Below, in pieces: positions 25,958 through 38,921 of a DNA stretch of 64,000 nucleotides. How positions within the stretch are numbered: position 1 is the first letter of the stretch; each line of letters opens with the position of its first letter. The notes under the pieces were generated by a model that saw nothing but the letters and a program-made list of their open reading frames with translations, made no database searches and was not told where the DNA came from. The stretch spans positions 5,332,001-5,396,000 of the forward strand of contig NC_043016.1 in assembly GCF_006345805.1 (NCBI RefSeq), in the 5' to 3' direction. This DNA comes from Octopus sinensis (lineage: Eukaryota). Made by a program: the position numbers and the translations under genes.

Positions 25958-26234
25958 TTTTTCAGACAGTTGAAAAAAATTTTTATGAAATTAGATTTTA
26001 AAATTTGAAAATTCCCGCTTTCAAGAGAATTCCCGCTTCTCAAGAGAAAGCCTCGCTCGAGGCCATGCAAAAGTTGTTGGGCACCTTTTTAACGGAGATA
26101 AATATGGATACACATAAATAAAACCGAAAAGTTACTTCAACTTAGGGGAGTTGACGCGAGAAACAGCCGATAGGTAGATAGATAGATAGATACATACAAA
26201 CATACATACATACATACATACATACATACATACA

Positions 26235-26338
26235 TCATTATTATCATTGCTTAACATCCGTCTTCCATGCTGGCCAGGCGGGAGCCTGCACAAGACTTCT
26301 GTGTCTGTTTTAGTATAGTTTTTACAGCTGGATGCCCA
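26235..26338 (-). mobile_element. Short LINE/SINE 3' tail, same family as 36765-37075
   Basis: catcatt..ttaacatccgtcttccatgct...tacagctggatgccc. Confidence 0.55.
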
Positions 26339-26397
<59 letters not shown>

Positions 26398-26781
26398 CAC
26401 ACACACACACACACATAAATATAAAGATATATATATAATTTCCAAAATTTTCAAAAATCTTTGGTTGATGGGGATATATAATCCAAGCGGGTACCAACAG
26501 AGAATAGAGAATATCCAATTTATTTTATTTATGCAGTCATTTATGATCTTCTTTCTTCGCTTACATAACGTTTCCGCCACTATCAAAGTGCATCTTTTTC
26601 GTCCATTATGATGCTACAATCCATCAAGTGCTTCATCAAGGCATTTTGATCGCAATTTTGATTTTTCTCGAAATGGAAATTAATTCCAACCGAAATTTTA
26701 TTTTTTTTTCCTTTAGTCAACTGCATGGTGGTATAGTTCTTAGAATAGCTCAAGCTAACCTATTGATCCTACTGGTCAACG

Positions 26782-26843
26782 GGAAGAATTAATTGCCATA
26801 AATGTAGGTCGTACGACCTACATTTATTGCAGTTAATTCTTCC
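26782..26843. repeat. 62-bp palindrome
   Basis: 30-bp arms, 2 mismatches, TA centre (gtaggtcg|ta|cgacctac). Confidence 0.9.
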
Positions 26844-26965
26844 ATTTGAGGTCTTAAGATCAATTTACTGTAATTAATGTTTGTAATGTTGCCGCCCCTA
26901 GCTCATTCGTTTAATACTATTCCTACTATTCCATGACCACCCCTATAGTTGTTTTTGCTACTATT

Positions 26966-27029
<64 letters not shown>

Positions 27030-28624
27030 GGATTTTTTCTGTTTGTTGCCTCCAATAATTAAAGTTTACTAAAAATTCTAAAATTTGCCCAAACTGAATT
27101 GCTGGATTTCATTCTTTCCAGTTAGGAAACAGGATTTGGAAGCTGTCATTTTTAATGTCACTTCACGTTTTGTTGTCAACATCCTGAACACAGCACGTGT
27201 TGTCAATATTTGTAAACAACACCTGTTATGTCTCCGGTAATTTTCTTTCATGTAAATTAATGTTAATTTAAAAGAGAAAAACAGTTAGTTTTAAATCTCT
27301 GAGTGAGATGCTAGCAAATAAACTTTAATTTAAAAGATTTATCGAAAAACTCTTATTTAGCTGTTATTTTTAGCACACCTCACAGCCACCTCAATGCTCA
27401 ATGACAAAAAGAAACGAGTAAACAAGACTGTTGTCAACATGTGCTTCCTCACAGATTTTTCAAAGACTGTTACAATGGCAACAGGCAAAAGAATTCTCAT
27501 GTTTCAGCTTGTTACTATCGAAACAGACATGAATGTGTCTTTGGCTTATGATTGGCTAAAATTACCAAAATTTTCAAATTTTAATTACTAATAACTCTTT
27601 ATTATTGACTTATAGCGAAAATTACTTTCAAGTCATTAAGTAGCCTATAAAAATGTATCATTACACTGAATATGATATCAATTCGAACAGAAAATTGACG
27701 CTAGCAGCCGTAGGCAACCAAACAGAAAATATCTTTATTATTAATAATTATTTAATATAAGTAGGTATTTCCCAACTTTATCTAGATCAGTTGCAGAAGA
27801 TAAAACAAAAATATGACAGACCTGTCACATTTTCAACATTATTAAAACTCTGCATGGTGCAAATCGCAATTTAGTTTCATAGATGTAGGTTGTAAGAGTT
27901 TCTAATTCATTGTGAGGTGGCATAAATTCTGATTCATACTTTGCTTTTAAAACTTTCCAAAATTAAAATGATACAGATTCATCATGGTTATCATTTCATA
28001 TTGAAAAAATTCTGTCATACATTTTTTAACCTCCGTGATGAGAACATTTTAATTGTGCCGTTCAGAGAAGTTTTTACTAATGATATAGCCATATTCACAC
28101 TAAAGCATTCATCAAATTGCCACAAGAAGCCAGTAATCATGTAAAATTATGAGTTAAACTCTGTCCATTATCGGAGCTGAGTTCTTTTCGTTTGTTTGTT
28201 TGTGAGCATGTGTGTGCGTTAGTGTGCATGTGTATACACATATGTATGTGTGTTATTCAGTTTATTTCAAGATTTCTTACCAATAGAGAAAGAACTGGTT
28301 TCTAACCTAGATCCAAGGCTCCGTCATTGGAATTTCACCATCAACAACAGGGTATTTTTTGTATGTATGTATGCATGTATGTATGTATGTATGTATATAT
28401 GTATGTATGTATGTATGTGTGTATGTGTGTGTGTATGTATGTATGTATGTATGTATGTATGTATGTATGTATGTGTGTGTGTGTATGTATGTATGTATGT
28501 ATGTATGTATGTATGTATGTATGTATGTATGTACGTATGTACGTATGTGCAGATTTGTATGTTTTGTGTATGTATTCTCATGCTTATAGTTATATATCTA
28601 AACATGCTCATATATACTTAAATG

Positions 28625-30812
28625 ATAAACTTCTGGATAGTTTTACAGATTTTTTACGGTTCCAGAGTGGATTGGATCTGTAGTCTTCTAATTAGCTTTC
28701 TCTTTCCTTGTTTTAAGAAGCCTAATTTCTCAAGATTGGTATTTACGCAGTGTTACATATCTCAGGACCCCAATAATTACAGGTATAAACCTGCACTTGT
28801 AATCTGGATAGAGTAACTGCAGATTTCTCAATAGTTCAGCATAGGTGTTATCTTTTTCACTGATTTTCAGCTTTATGTTAACATCCACTGGGCAGCTAAT
28901 TTCCACAACTGTGCACACTTTCTCTTCTCTATTTCAAATCATTATATCAGGTCTGTTGTGCTTGAGATCTTCACTGGTACATTTCACCAGTATTCCTTTT
29001 TATTATGGGTGGCTATGGCTTTTACCTTATTGTGGGTTCTTATTTCTTTGTCCTCGGGATTATCCTTCCGACGAATTTCAGTATAGAGTTTCCTATCAAC
29101 AACGTCATGTATCATCAGTAGATAATACTGTGATGACATTTTCAGACAGCTGCTTATGATGTGGGTGATATCTTCAGGGTGAGCTCCACAAAATCTGCAT
29201 CGGTTGTCATACTTCAGGGCTTTACCTGCATCTCTATCCCTTTTGTGCATCAAGTACTTGCTTGATATTTCCTATTTCTGGATTGCAAACGCAAACCCTT
29301 CAAAGAGGGAGGTAGTAATCCGGCTATTGGTCCATGATAAACTGCTTTGATGGTTGATGTTACTATCATCACAGAACTATCTAGATGACTATCCATGCAT
29401 AGTCATCTGCTCATATAGGCTCATCCTTTCATCTGATGACACGTTGCGGTAGAGTCGTGCGATTTTTGGTGGTTATCAGAGTGTTGCTCAAGGAGCTGCC
29501 TTCCAAGTCTTATGATGTTATCAGCTTCATGCATGCAAACTTGGTCAAGGGATGTACTTCGACAATTGGTTATTAAAAGATGTTGCCGAAAGGATGTAAT
29601 GCGACATTCAAAGGCTTTTGGATCGATGTTAAACCTCTTCCACTTTGTTTTCATTTTAGGTAGAGGCGGTCTACATCACTGTTTATGTGGAAATTATGTA
29701 TGCTTGCTAGTATTTTTCAGGTTTTCACATCAATGTCTCGGAGCTCATCAAGCATCCAATCAAGCAGCCAGTACTTCACTGCAAAGATATTGTTTTATAC
29801 GATGCAGAGTGTTCTGAGGTCCAAATATTCTTTATTTGGCTGTAATATTCTTTAGTGATACCTGTTTTGTTACAGGTACCACCATAAGATATATTTTCTT
29901 CCACTACTAGATACCTGTAACATCCCTTGTCAAATACAGAGGAAACAGTCAAATCATTAATGGGGATGTTACTAGTCTGGTTTATAGTTTTCCTCCTTTT
30001 CACAGCCATATATCAACATTTATCCTGACCAAACTCCAACCCTACATCCTTTGAGAATGTTGTAACTAGGTCAAGGCTCTTTTTCCTCTCATGCATATTC
30101 TTTGCATAAAGTTTTAAGTCATCTACAAAGAAACAGTGTGTACTTTTGGTGTTTCTGTTTCCTTGTGAACCAAAGAGATATCCTTCAAGGGGTTTACAGA
30201 AAGCATAAACAACATCACAGAGAGGCTGTCTCTTTGGAATATGCCTTTGCGATACTGTATTCTATCGGAGATAATACATTCACTCTTTATATTTAATTTC
30301 AAAATGGTGGCCCACGATGAAGTCAGGTCAGCTATGGCTTTGACTATTCTCACTGGAACTTGAGTAGGGAACAGAGTCAAAGGCTTTCGTGTAGTGTAGC
30401 CACATTGAAACTAGGTTCCTCCTACGCTCTCGCACCTCAGACATCTCAGTTTTGTTATTAGCAATTGTTCGGCACATCCCCAGACTCCCTTCTTCCTAGC
30501 TGCTTGTTCTGCTGTGATAATGTTATTGGTTTCACAATGGTCTTGGAGGAAGAGGTTTAAACATGCTGTATATATTTTATACATTAAGTTCTAGCATGCA
30601 ATTGGCCAGTAGTTCTTTTGCCATGTGGTTGGTTCTGCATTTGGGGATCAATTTTGTCTCTGCCAGAGCTAACATGTGTGGTATGCTACTGTTCCCAATA
30701 AAAGCTTGGTCGATAGAATGTTTACTTTCTTTGCAATGAGGCGCTGTTTCAGTTCCTCCATTTCTACGTTCAGGCCCTTTCTTTCAATATTATACTTCTT
30801 TTACAGCGCCCT
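28625..30812 (-). mobile_element. R4/Dong-clade LINE (family E), 5'-truncated and degenerate
   Basis: YRKGIFQRDSLS, CRFCGAHPEDITHIISSC, VVEISCPVDVN..FIPVIIG; (TAA)n on the element strand at the 5' junction. Confidence 0.88.
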
Positions 30813-30870
<58 letters not shown>

Positions 30871-30900
30871 GTGTTGTTGTTGTTATCATCATCATCATCA

Positions 30901-30946
<46 letters not shown>

Positions 30947-30977
30947 CATTATCATCATCATCATCATTATTATTATT

Positions 30978-31593
30978 GAGTGAGAGAGCAGTGCATGACA
31001 TCAAAGTGACACTGGGGTAAAAATATTCGATGCGCAATACACCCATCATGACTACCCGTCTGATGAGGTAACACCAGGCACATGCATCACAATTATATGT
31101 GCGCAAAATGGTGACCTCATATCAAGATAAACATGACCTTGCATGACCTTGCAGGTGGGGCTCAACAATTAAGTCTCTTTAAGGTACTTTTCCATTCTGG
31201 AGTTTCTGGGCCACAGTTGCAAGAGTTTCACCATCAATTTTGTATGTCTTGGATGTAATGCAATAACTTTTTTTGATTTCTTCCACCCCAGAGCATCTTG
31301 GTTAAATTCCTCCTCTTCACTCCAGACTTTCCTTCAGAAGGAGTCTATGTCTTCTCGTGAAGGAGCTTCCGAGATATTTACTGCTCCTCCTCTCATGTCT
31401 CTGTTTATTGCTGCCTGGTTGCGGTTAAATTTTTTGTTTATTGCTCTCTCAGTTATTCTCTTCTGATGTCACTGACAGCTTTTAGCTCCTGCTTGAGGGT
31501 AATCAGTCTGCAAGTGAGTGTCCTCTTTTTGCTGTCTCCAAACACCATTTCTATCTCCTTCTCTACTTTCTGTTGGTGGGACGTATAGTGACC
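30978..31593 (-). mobile_element. R4-like pre-RT fragment joined to a (TAA)-tailed 3' end
   Basis: APSREDIDSF*RKVWSEEEEFN...PEWKS translated from 31175-31590; 30978-31175 ends ...ctctctcactcaataataat. Confidence 0.55.
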
Positions 31594-31794
31594 TGCCTTT
31601 GCTCTATACACTCCCCTAATATTCACAACTCCAGTGATTCACTTAATCAATCTCTTTACCAAATTGTTTTCTACTAAAATCAGCACCATCCCTTCCCTCC
31701 CTTTTCTCCCTCCCCATTCCTTCCTTCCTTCCCTCCTTCCTTCCTTCCTTCCTTCCTTGTATCAAGCAGTGCATGTATGAACAAGTTATAGCAG
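31594..31794 (+). repeat. Left arm of a ~200-bp inverted repeat
   Basis: Near-identical to the reverse complement of 33104-33296. Confidence 0.9.
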
Positions 31795-31819
31795 TGATTT
31801 GCTTGTTAACCGTAAACCA

Positions 31820-32510
31820 TGTTTGTATGTATGTATGTATGTATGTATGCATGCATGCATGTATGTATGTATGTATGTATGTATGTATGCATGCAGCATG
31901 TATGTATGTATGTTGTATGTATGTATGTATGTATGTATGTATGTATGTATTATCTATTTATGTATGCATGTATGTATGTATGATGTATGTATGTATGTAT
32001 GTATGTTATGTATGTGGGTTGTATGTATGTATGTATGTATGTATGCATGCTGTATGTATGTATGTATGTATGTATGTATGTATGTATGTATGTATGTATG
32101 TGTTGTATGTAGTATGGTGTATGTATGTATGCATGCATGCATGTATGTATGTATGTATGTATGTATGTATGTATGTATATGATGTATGTATGTATCTATT
32201 TATGTATGTATGTATGTATGCATGCATGTATGTATGTATGTGTGTATGTATGTATGTATGTATGCATGCATGTATGCATGCATGCATGCATGCATGTATG
32301 TATGTATGTATGTATGTATGTATGTATGTATGTATGTATGTATGCATGCATGCATGTATGTATGCATGTATGTATGTATATGTATGTATATATATATGTA
32401 TGCATGCGTGTATGTTTGTATGCATGTATGCATGTATGTATGTATATGTATGTATATATATATATATGTATGCATGTGTGTATGTTTGTATGCATGTATT
32501 CTGCATATTC
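31820..32510. repeat. (ATGT)n/(ATGC)n compound microsatellite
   Basis: Directly visible. Confidence 0.95.
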
Positions 32511-32630
32511 ATGTGTTTGTGTGTGTGTGTACCTATGTCTCCTTGTGTGTAGATGTTTGTGTGTCTATGTGTATGTATTTGTGTGACTATGTACGTGCGT
32601 CTGTTATGTATGGATGTTTCTCCATATGTG

Positions 32631-32676
<46 letters not shown>

Positions 32677-32810
32677 CGTGGACCATATGGTCATGTATTT
32701 CAGTTTCTTTTGTGTATGTATGTGTCTTTACGTTCTTATCTCTCCGTATTACGTATGTACCTATCTATCTACTTATCAATCAGTTTACTTACATATCCAT
32801 CTACCTACTC

Positions 32811-32892
<82 letters not shown>

Positions 32893-33103
32893 ATAACAGC
32901 CTACTAGCAAATCTACCTGTGTATGTATAAACAGTGGATATTGGGGTATCACTACCTTCTATGTATATCTATTTAATACTGGGCATGTTTCATTTAAGAT
33001 GACGTACTCCTGTATTGTCTGAGTATTGGGTCCTTCAGGTGCTTGGGTAAAATGCGGGTGTCAAGTCGACCCAGTGTGCCTCCATGATTATCTGTTAATA
33101 TAT

Positions 33104-33296
33104 CTGCTATAACTTGTTCATACATGCGCTGCTAGATACAAGGAAGGAAGGAATGGGGAGGGAGAGAAGGGAGGGAGGGAGGGAGAGAAGGAGGGAAGGG
33201 ATGGTGCTGATTTTAGTAGAGAACAATTTGGTAAAGAGATTGATAAAGTGAATCACTGGAGTTGTGAATATTAGGGGAGTGTATAGAGCAAAGGCA
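33104..33296 (-). repeat. Right arm of a ~200-bp inverted repeat
   Basis: ctgctataacttgttcatacatg...gtatagagcaaaggca is the reverse complement of the left arm. Confidence 0.9.
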
Positions 33297-34467
33297 ATCT
33301 TTTAATAGGGGGAAAAGACTGTTCAATGGTGCTTTTTGCATCAGATGCAAATTCAGATTGTAAATTTTATTGTTTAGTTCAAGACTGAGCCCTCTATGAT
33401 AAAAGAGTTTTCCTTTGAAGATATCAAATGGTTTGGTGGTGGAAGAAATGTTATATACAAAAGTCATAACTGGAAATGATTATCACATGCCCTCAATATG
33501 AAATACTCTATGCATTAAAATTTCTGAACAAATTCAAGTAGTTTGGAAAATGTAAGAATTTGGAAATGTGTATACGTAGCAAAATAAATGCCTAAATTTA
33601 TCAAATGTTTCATTCTTAATGTGTTGGCCAGATTAATTGCTAGTAACAGTACTCAAAATTAAAACAAAACCAACTAATACTACTAGTGAGGAACGTTTCT
33701 AAAATTTCTGAAAGCTTAACTTGAAAAAGATAAGGTAAAAAGGAAATGACAATAGAAGTTATTCTCATTCAAACAAATGAAATAGCGCTGAATAAAATAG
33801 TCAGATTTGTAACTTAATCATAAAAGAATATGTGAATACATAATGAAGTGAAGGCGTTTGTGATGGGTGGGGAAAATTAAAACTTTCACTGAATTCCCAG
33901 CCTTCCTGGGAATAAAACGATTTGACTCTAACTCACAGAGCTATTCAATGCTGATGGAAATTCAGGAATTAAAAGAAGAAGAACCAGTTTGGGCATACAT
34001 CTCTTATGGTTATACACATAAGTGACATTGTTCAGGTATGTGTGCGTGTGTGCATGTGTGTGTCTGTGTGTGTGTGTGTGTCTGTGTGTGACTGTATATT
34101 GACACACATAGATAAGAGAGGAAGGGAAAGAGACAAATAGGCATATAGGCATTTAATTCAACATACATGCACACCACAGAGGCTAATATATATTAGCAAA
34201 AGTATATGGATGAATATGTATGTATTATATATGTATACAAATCATGGTCTAAGGTATGACCAAATTGTTGAGAAACTTATTTCACAAACATGAAATTTTT
34301 GGTTCAATTTCACTGCATGGATAAGTATCTTCAACTATACCCTAGTCAACTCAAACTGAAGACACATAAAATATAATCTATTATTGAATATGTTGTCACA
34401 CCTCTCATACCATTTGATGTTAATTATTACAGAGCTATCTTTCTTTCCCTCAAATATATACATAAAT

Positions 34468-34519
<52 letters not shown>

Positions 34520-34680
34520 TGTGTGGGTGTGTGTGTGAGTGTGTGTGTATATATATAATTCAAAAAACGGAGAAAAACAAGAAAAAAGGACAATGTGAGG
34601 ACGTAGCACATGCAAATGTAGATATATATATTTATAAGTATGTATATATGTGTGTGTGTGTATGTATGTATATATATATG

Positions 34681-34782
<102 letters not shown>

Positions 34783-34927
34783 AAATGGAAAGATGAATTA
34801 TCTTGTTACGGATTATTCAAAAGTTTAACCGATACCTGGGTAGCAAAAATCACAGCAGAAAAAACACGGTTGGAGATAAGACCATATGGTGTTGCAACCG
34901 TGCGTTGGTGCGGATAATTGAAGTTTA

Positions 34928-35115
34928 ATATAATTAGTGAATGGAAGAAATGGAGTTGAACGAAGATTGTACAGAATTCCTTTATTACATTCTACACATG
35001 TTTCAAAGGCCACAAATTAATCAGAATTTGGAAAATTGTGGCCTTTGAAACATGTCTAGAATGTAATAAAAGGAATTCTGTACAATCTTCGTTCAACTCC
35101 ATTTCTTCCATTCAC

Positions 35116-35124
<9 letters not shown>
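34928..35124. repeat. 197-bp fold-back (MITE-like) palindrome
   Basis: 88/89-nt arms, 1 mismatch plus 1 indel, 20-nt loop, TA-rich flanks. Confidence 0.9.
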
Positions 35125-35157
<33 letters not shown>

Positions 35158-35976
35158 TATATATATTATATAATATATATTATATATATATATAATATAT
35201 ATATATATAAAACTGAAATGCGTTTCGACCGCTTGGATCGCTTTCAAGGCCATTACATCCCGTCGGATTCATTCCAAAATTTACAGGGACATGTAACATG
35301 AGGTGACGATGCCCGTGGGCTACCTTAGAAATCCCTATCTTAAAAGGTGTCGTTGCTAGGGCCAAAAACCCACTTTGACAAGTCCACTCCCATTCTTTTA
35401 CGTATCTGTCTTCCTCACGCTACTTCCTCTATTCGCCTCTAACTCCCCTTCACTTTCCCTTTATAAGTTCGTCAAACGGCGTTCTTTATCTCGCTGTCTG
35501 CATTCATAGAGAGAATTATCATCGCCACAAACAACACACAATCATGAGAACAAATATTATGAATCAGATATTTCTTGCGTTCATTTATATATGTGTGTGT
35601 TTGTGTTCTATATATAAATATGTATATATAATGTATATATACAAAGTGTATATCTGTATTTATGTATATTAAACTTTTTAATACTTTTTGATAGTTATAT
35701 ATTTTTAGACAAATTATAATATAATTCAATAATTTTTATTTTAAATTTAAATAATTTAAATTTTTCAATTTTATATTTTATATATTTTATATATTATATT
35801 TTTATTTTTATGTTTTTGTTTTGGTTTTTCACTGTTTGATTTGCCAATTAGTGGTTTTATCTCTAATTTAATTTATACATATATATATATATATATAATT
35901 TGTATACATTTGTATATATAATGCGGTGCACACACACACACACACACATATATATTATTATATATATAATATATAT

Positions 35977-37139
35977 ATAATGTGTGCATTATGTGGTCGG
36001 TCGGTTCAGCTGAAAATATGCACACCTATGTTAAAAGTGCTGGCAAGTTTGCATGACAACTATTTTTTTCCTCAAATGAAAGGCGTGACCTCTAGGACAA
36101 AATTCCTCATTTTATAAAATGTGACCCCAGTAGACCCGAATGAAATCGGGTTATATTAACCAAAATGTGAAAAGGGGTCTAAATGGGGCTGGAATGGGGA
36201 TTAAAATTTAAAGGAGCGAGTGTTTAGGAATTCTCTGTTACATCAAGCTAAAAAATTTGCGCCAATGATGAAGTTTTGAATGCTTGCCATGGTGAGTCTA
36301 CTGTCGTGAGAAAGAATCACTTCAAAACTTGGTGTTTACGATTTTTCTTTTACATCAAGTTCAAAATTTTACGCCAGCCGTTAAACTGTCAATACGTTGC
36401 TGTCCGTCGTTAAGAAATGCCAGCCATGGTGACTCTACTATCCTCAGATTCTATCCCTTCAAACTTTGGTTTCCAATATTTTATTATTTTTATTCAGCTC
36501 GCAAGTTCGTCTGTCCCTTTTAAATGTTAGCGTTTTGCTGTCTGTCTTGAAGCAGACATTTCCGTTGCCACTGCCTGATATTTATGATTGATCTTTCTAA
36601 ATATTTTATTTCTCAACTTACTCAAGATCTTTTGTTGTTTATAAATGGGAGATAGATAGATAAAGATAGAGAGTAAGAGAAAGCGAGGGAGAGTCCGAGA
36701 GAAAAGAAAAGTAAGAGAGTGGGAAAATGAGAGAGAAAAGAGAGAGAAACAAAGAGGGAGAATCATCATCATCATCATCGTTTAACGTCCGTTTTCCGTG
36801 CTAGCACGGGTTGGACAGTTTGACCGGGGTCTGGGAAGCCAGGAGGCTGCACCAGACTCCAGTCTGATCTGGCAGTGTTTCTACAGGTGGATGACCTTCG
36901 TAACGCCAACCACTCTGTGAGTGTAGTGGGTGCTTTTTTCGTGCCGCTGGCACAGGTGCCAGGGGGGATCGTAGCGGCAACGATCGGTTGGTGCTTTTTA
37001 CGTGCCACCGGCACAGAAGCCAGTCAAGGCGGCGCTGCAATCTGCCACGTTCCGATGGTGCTTTTTACGTGCTGAAAGGAAGCAACAGAAAGTAACAACC
37101 ACACTCTTACCCGCGCGTAGAGCGGGTCACCTTCAGCTA

Positions 37140-37140
<1 letters not shown>
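35977..37140 (+). mobile_element. Non-autonomous Helitron with internal tandem duplication and a nested retro-tail
   Basis: 5' tataatgtgtgcat...cacctatgttaaaagtgctggc...gtagacccgaatgaaatcggg shared with 9065-9240 (-); 3' hairpin ACCCGC/GCGGGT (37109-37127) then CTAG|T at 37137-37141. That both ends belong to one element is inferred. Confidence 0.65.
36765..37075 (-). mobile_element. LINE/SINE 3' portion with (GAT)n tail, probably RTE-related
   Basis: (CAT)n then cgtttaacgtccgttttccgtgctagcacggg; three internal copies of ggtgctttttacgtgc at ~36929, 36990 and 37057. Confidence 0.6.
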
Positions 37141-37180
<40 letters not shown>

Positions 37181-37280
37181 NNNNNNNNNNNNNNNNNNNN
37201 NNNNNNNNNNNNNNNNNNNNNNNNNNNNNNNNNNNNNNNNNNNNNNNNNNNNNNNNNNNNNNNNNNNNNNNNNNNNNNNN
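37181..37280. other. Assembly gap (100 N)
   Basis: Directly visible. Confidence 1.
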
Positions 37281-38205
37281 GAAAGAAAGAAGAAGAAAGA
37301 AAGAAACAAACAAAGAAACATAAGACAGAATGAAAGAAAGAAAGAAGAAATAAAGAAATAAGAAGGAAGAAAGAAAAAGAAAGAAAGAAAGAGGGAGAAA
37401 GAAAGAAAAAAAAAAAAGAACAGAAAGAAAGAAAGAAAGAACGCGTGTGTGCTCTCTCATTTTCCCTGTGAATTCTCTTGATATTAATGACAGCACATTT
37501 CAATCCTGACCGGAAATCTCGTTGCCGGAAATCTCGCTGCCGGAAGTCTCGTTGCCAAAGCTTATATCAACGAAAAGAACGACAATATCCGTTTGAACAT
37601 TAGACGCTCGATGTGATTCTGCAACTTAAAAGTTTGTATTGGTCGGGCGAACATACCAATCTGACATTCGTGAAATCTGCTTCTAGATACTATGAGAAAA
37701 TCTCTTATTAAATTTGGCCAACGAAACAATTACACGCACAAGGATATTGAACTTGCTCTCAATTGAAAAACTTTCTTCAGAAATAACCGTTTTTTCTTTG
37801 TATTTCTTTTAGTTTCCATTTTTTATTAGGTGCGGGTTCTTGCATTTATTTAATTTCTTATTTTGACACATTGTTTCATTTCACATTTTATATTTTTATT
37901 AACGGAGTGGGTTCACTTTCTACCTATAGAAAAAGTCAAGTTGTTCACACTAAAAAGGTCATATGATTTTCGTACCTTCCAGAAATTTCTCTTCTCTCTC
38001 TCTCTCTCTCGCTCTTTCTCTGCATATTTTTGTCTGCCTGCTTCAGTTATTTTTTACACGTTCTCTGTCTTTCTCACTCTTGCGCTCTCTATCTCGTTCG
38101 CTCTCTCTTTCTCTCACTCTTTCCCTCTCTCTCTTTCTCTCTGTCTCGCTCTCTCTTTCTCTGTATATTTCTGCCTGCCTACTTTACACGGTTTCTCTCA
38201 CTCTC

Positions 38206-38275
<70 letters not shown>

Positions 38276-38417
38276 CTCTGCTGCTATTTATGTTTGTTCG
38301 ATCTGGACATGTGATTAAGAAAATTGATTCACATATGTGTCATTCTGGGTTCGATTCCGTTGCATACCACTTTGTGCAAGCGTCTTGTATCGATAATTTG
38401 TTGTAAATGTGATATTT

Positions 38418-38575
38418 TTTGTACTATAGACACAAGGCCTGGAACTAGATGATATCATCGATTTCAATACTCAACTAATACTTATTTTATCAACCCCGAA
38501 AGGATGAGTCATTTGAACTCAGAACGTAAAGACGGACGAAATGTCAGCATAAGCATTTTATCCGGCATGCCGCCT
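38418..38575 (-). mobile_element. SINE family 2 copy
   Basis: ccccgaaaggatga..tttgaactcagaacgtaaagacggacgaaatg. Confidence 0.75.
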
Positions 38576-38714
38576 TTGTTGTTTATGTGATATGAGAAAC
38601 GTTATTGTTCTTTAAACCCCTGCTTTTTTTATGAGTGAACATAACTATGGTCGTAGGAATTCAAATAGTGCAATACAATCATTACTGTATCCAGAACATT
38701 ATCAAACGCATATT

Positions 38715-38919
38715 AGGCAGCGAGCGTTATCACGCCGGGCGAAATGCTTACTAACATTTCGTTCGTCTTTACGTTCTGAGTTCAAATTGCGCCGGAGCAC
38801 ACTTTGCCTGTTATCCCTTTCGGAGATCGATAAAATAAGTACCTGCTGATCAGTGGAGTCAATGTAATCAACTTACTCTCTCCTCCGAACTTGCTGGCCT
38901 TGTGAAAAGATGTGAAACC
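38715..38919 (+). mobile_element. SINE family 2 copy, near full length
   Basis: ggcagcgagc..cacgccgggcgaaatgctta..B-box-like GAGTTCAAATTGC..tttcggagatcgataaaataagtacc. Confidence 0.8.
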
Positions 38920-38921
38920 AA

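Noticed and set aside
31773-32896. Long ORFs such as MYVCMYVC... (also 56095-57015, 61021-61616, 53308-53943, 4263-4598)
   Set aside because: They are translations of microsatellites, open on several frames and both strands, with no coding signal.
31585-33305. Calling the 200-bp inverted-repeat unit a MITE
   Set aside because: No target-site duplication and no recognisable TIR terminus; kept only as a structural finding.
35205-35290. Degenerate hammerhead on the minus strand
   Set aside because: Core is broken (CTTGAAAG) and stem III is not palindromic; the segment instead resembles a Helitron-type 5' region (gtcggatt...aaaattt).
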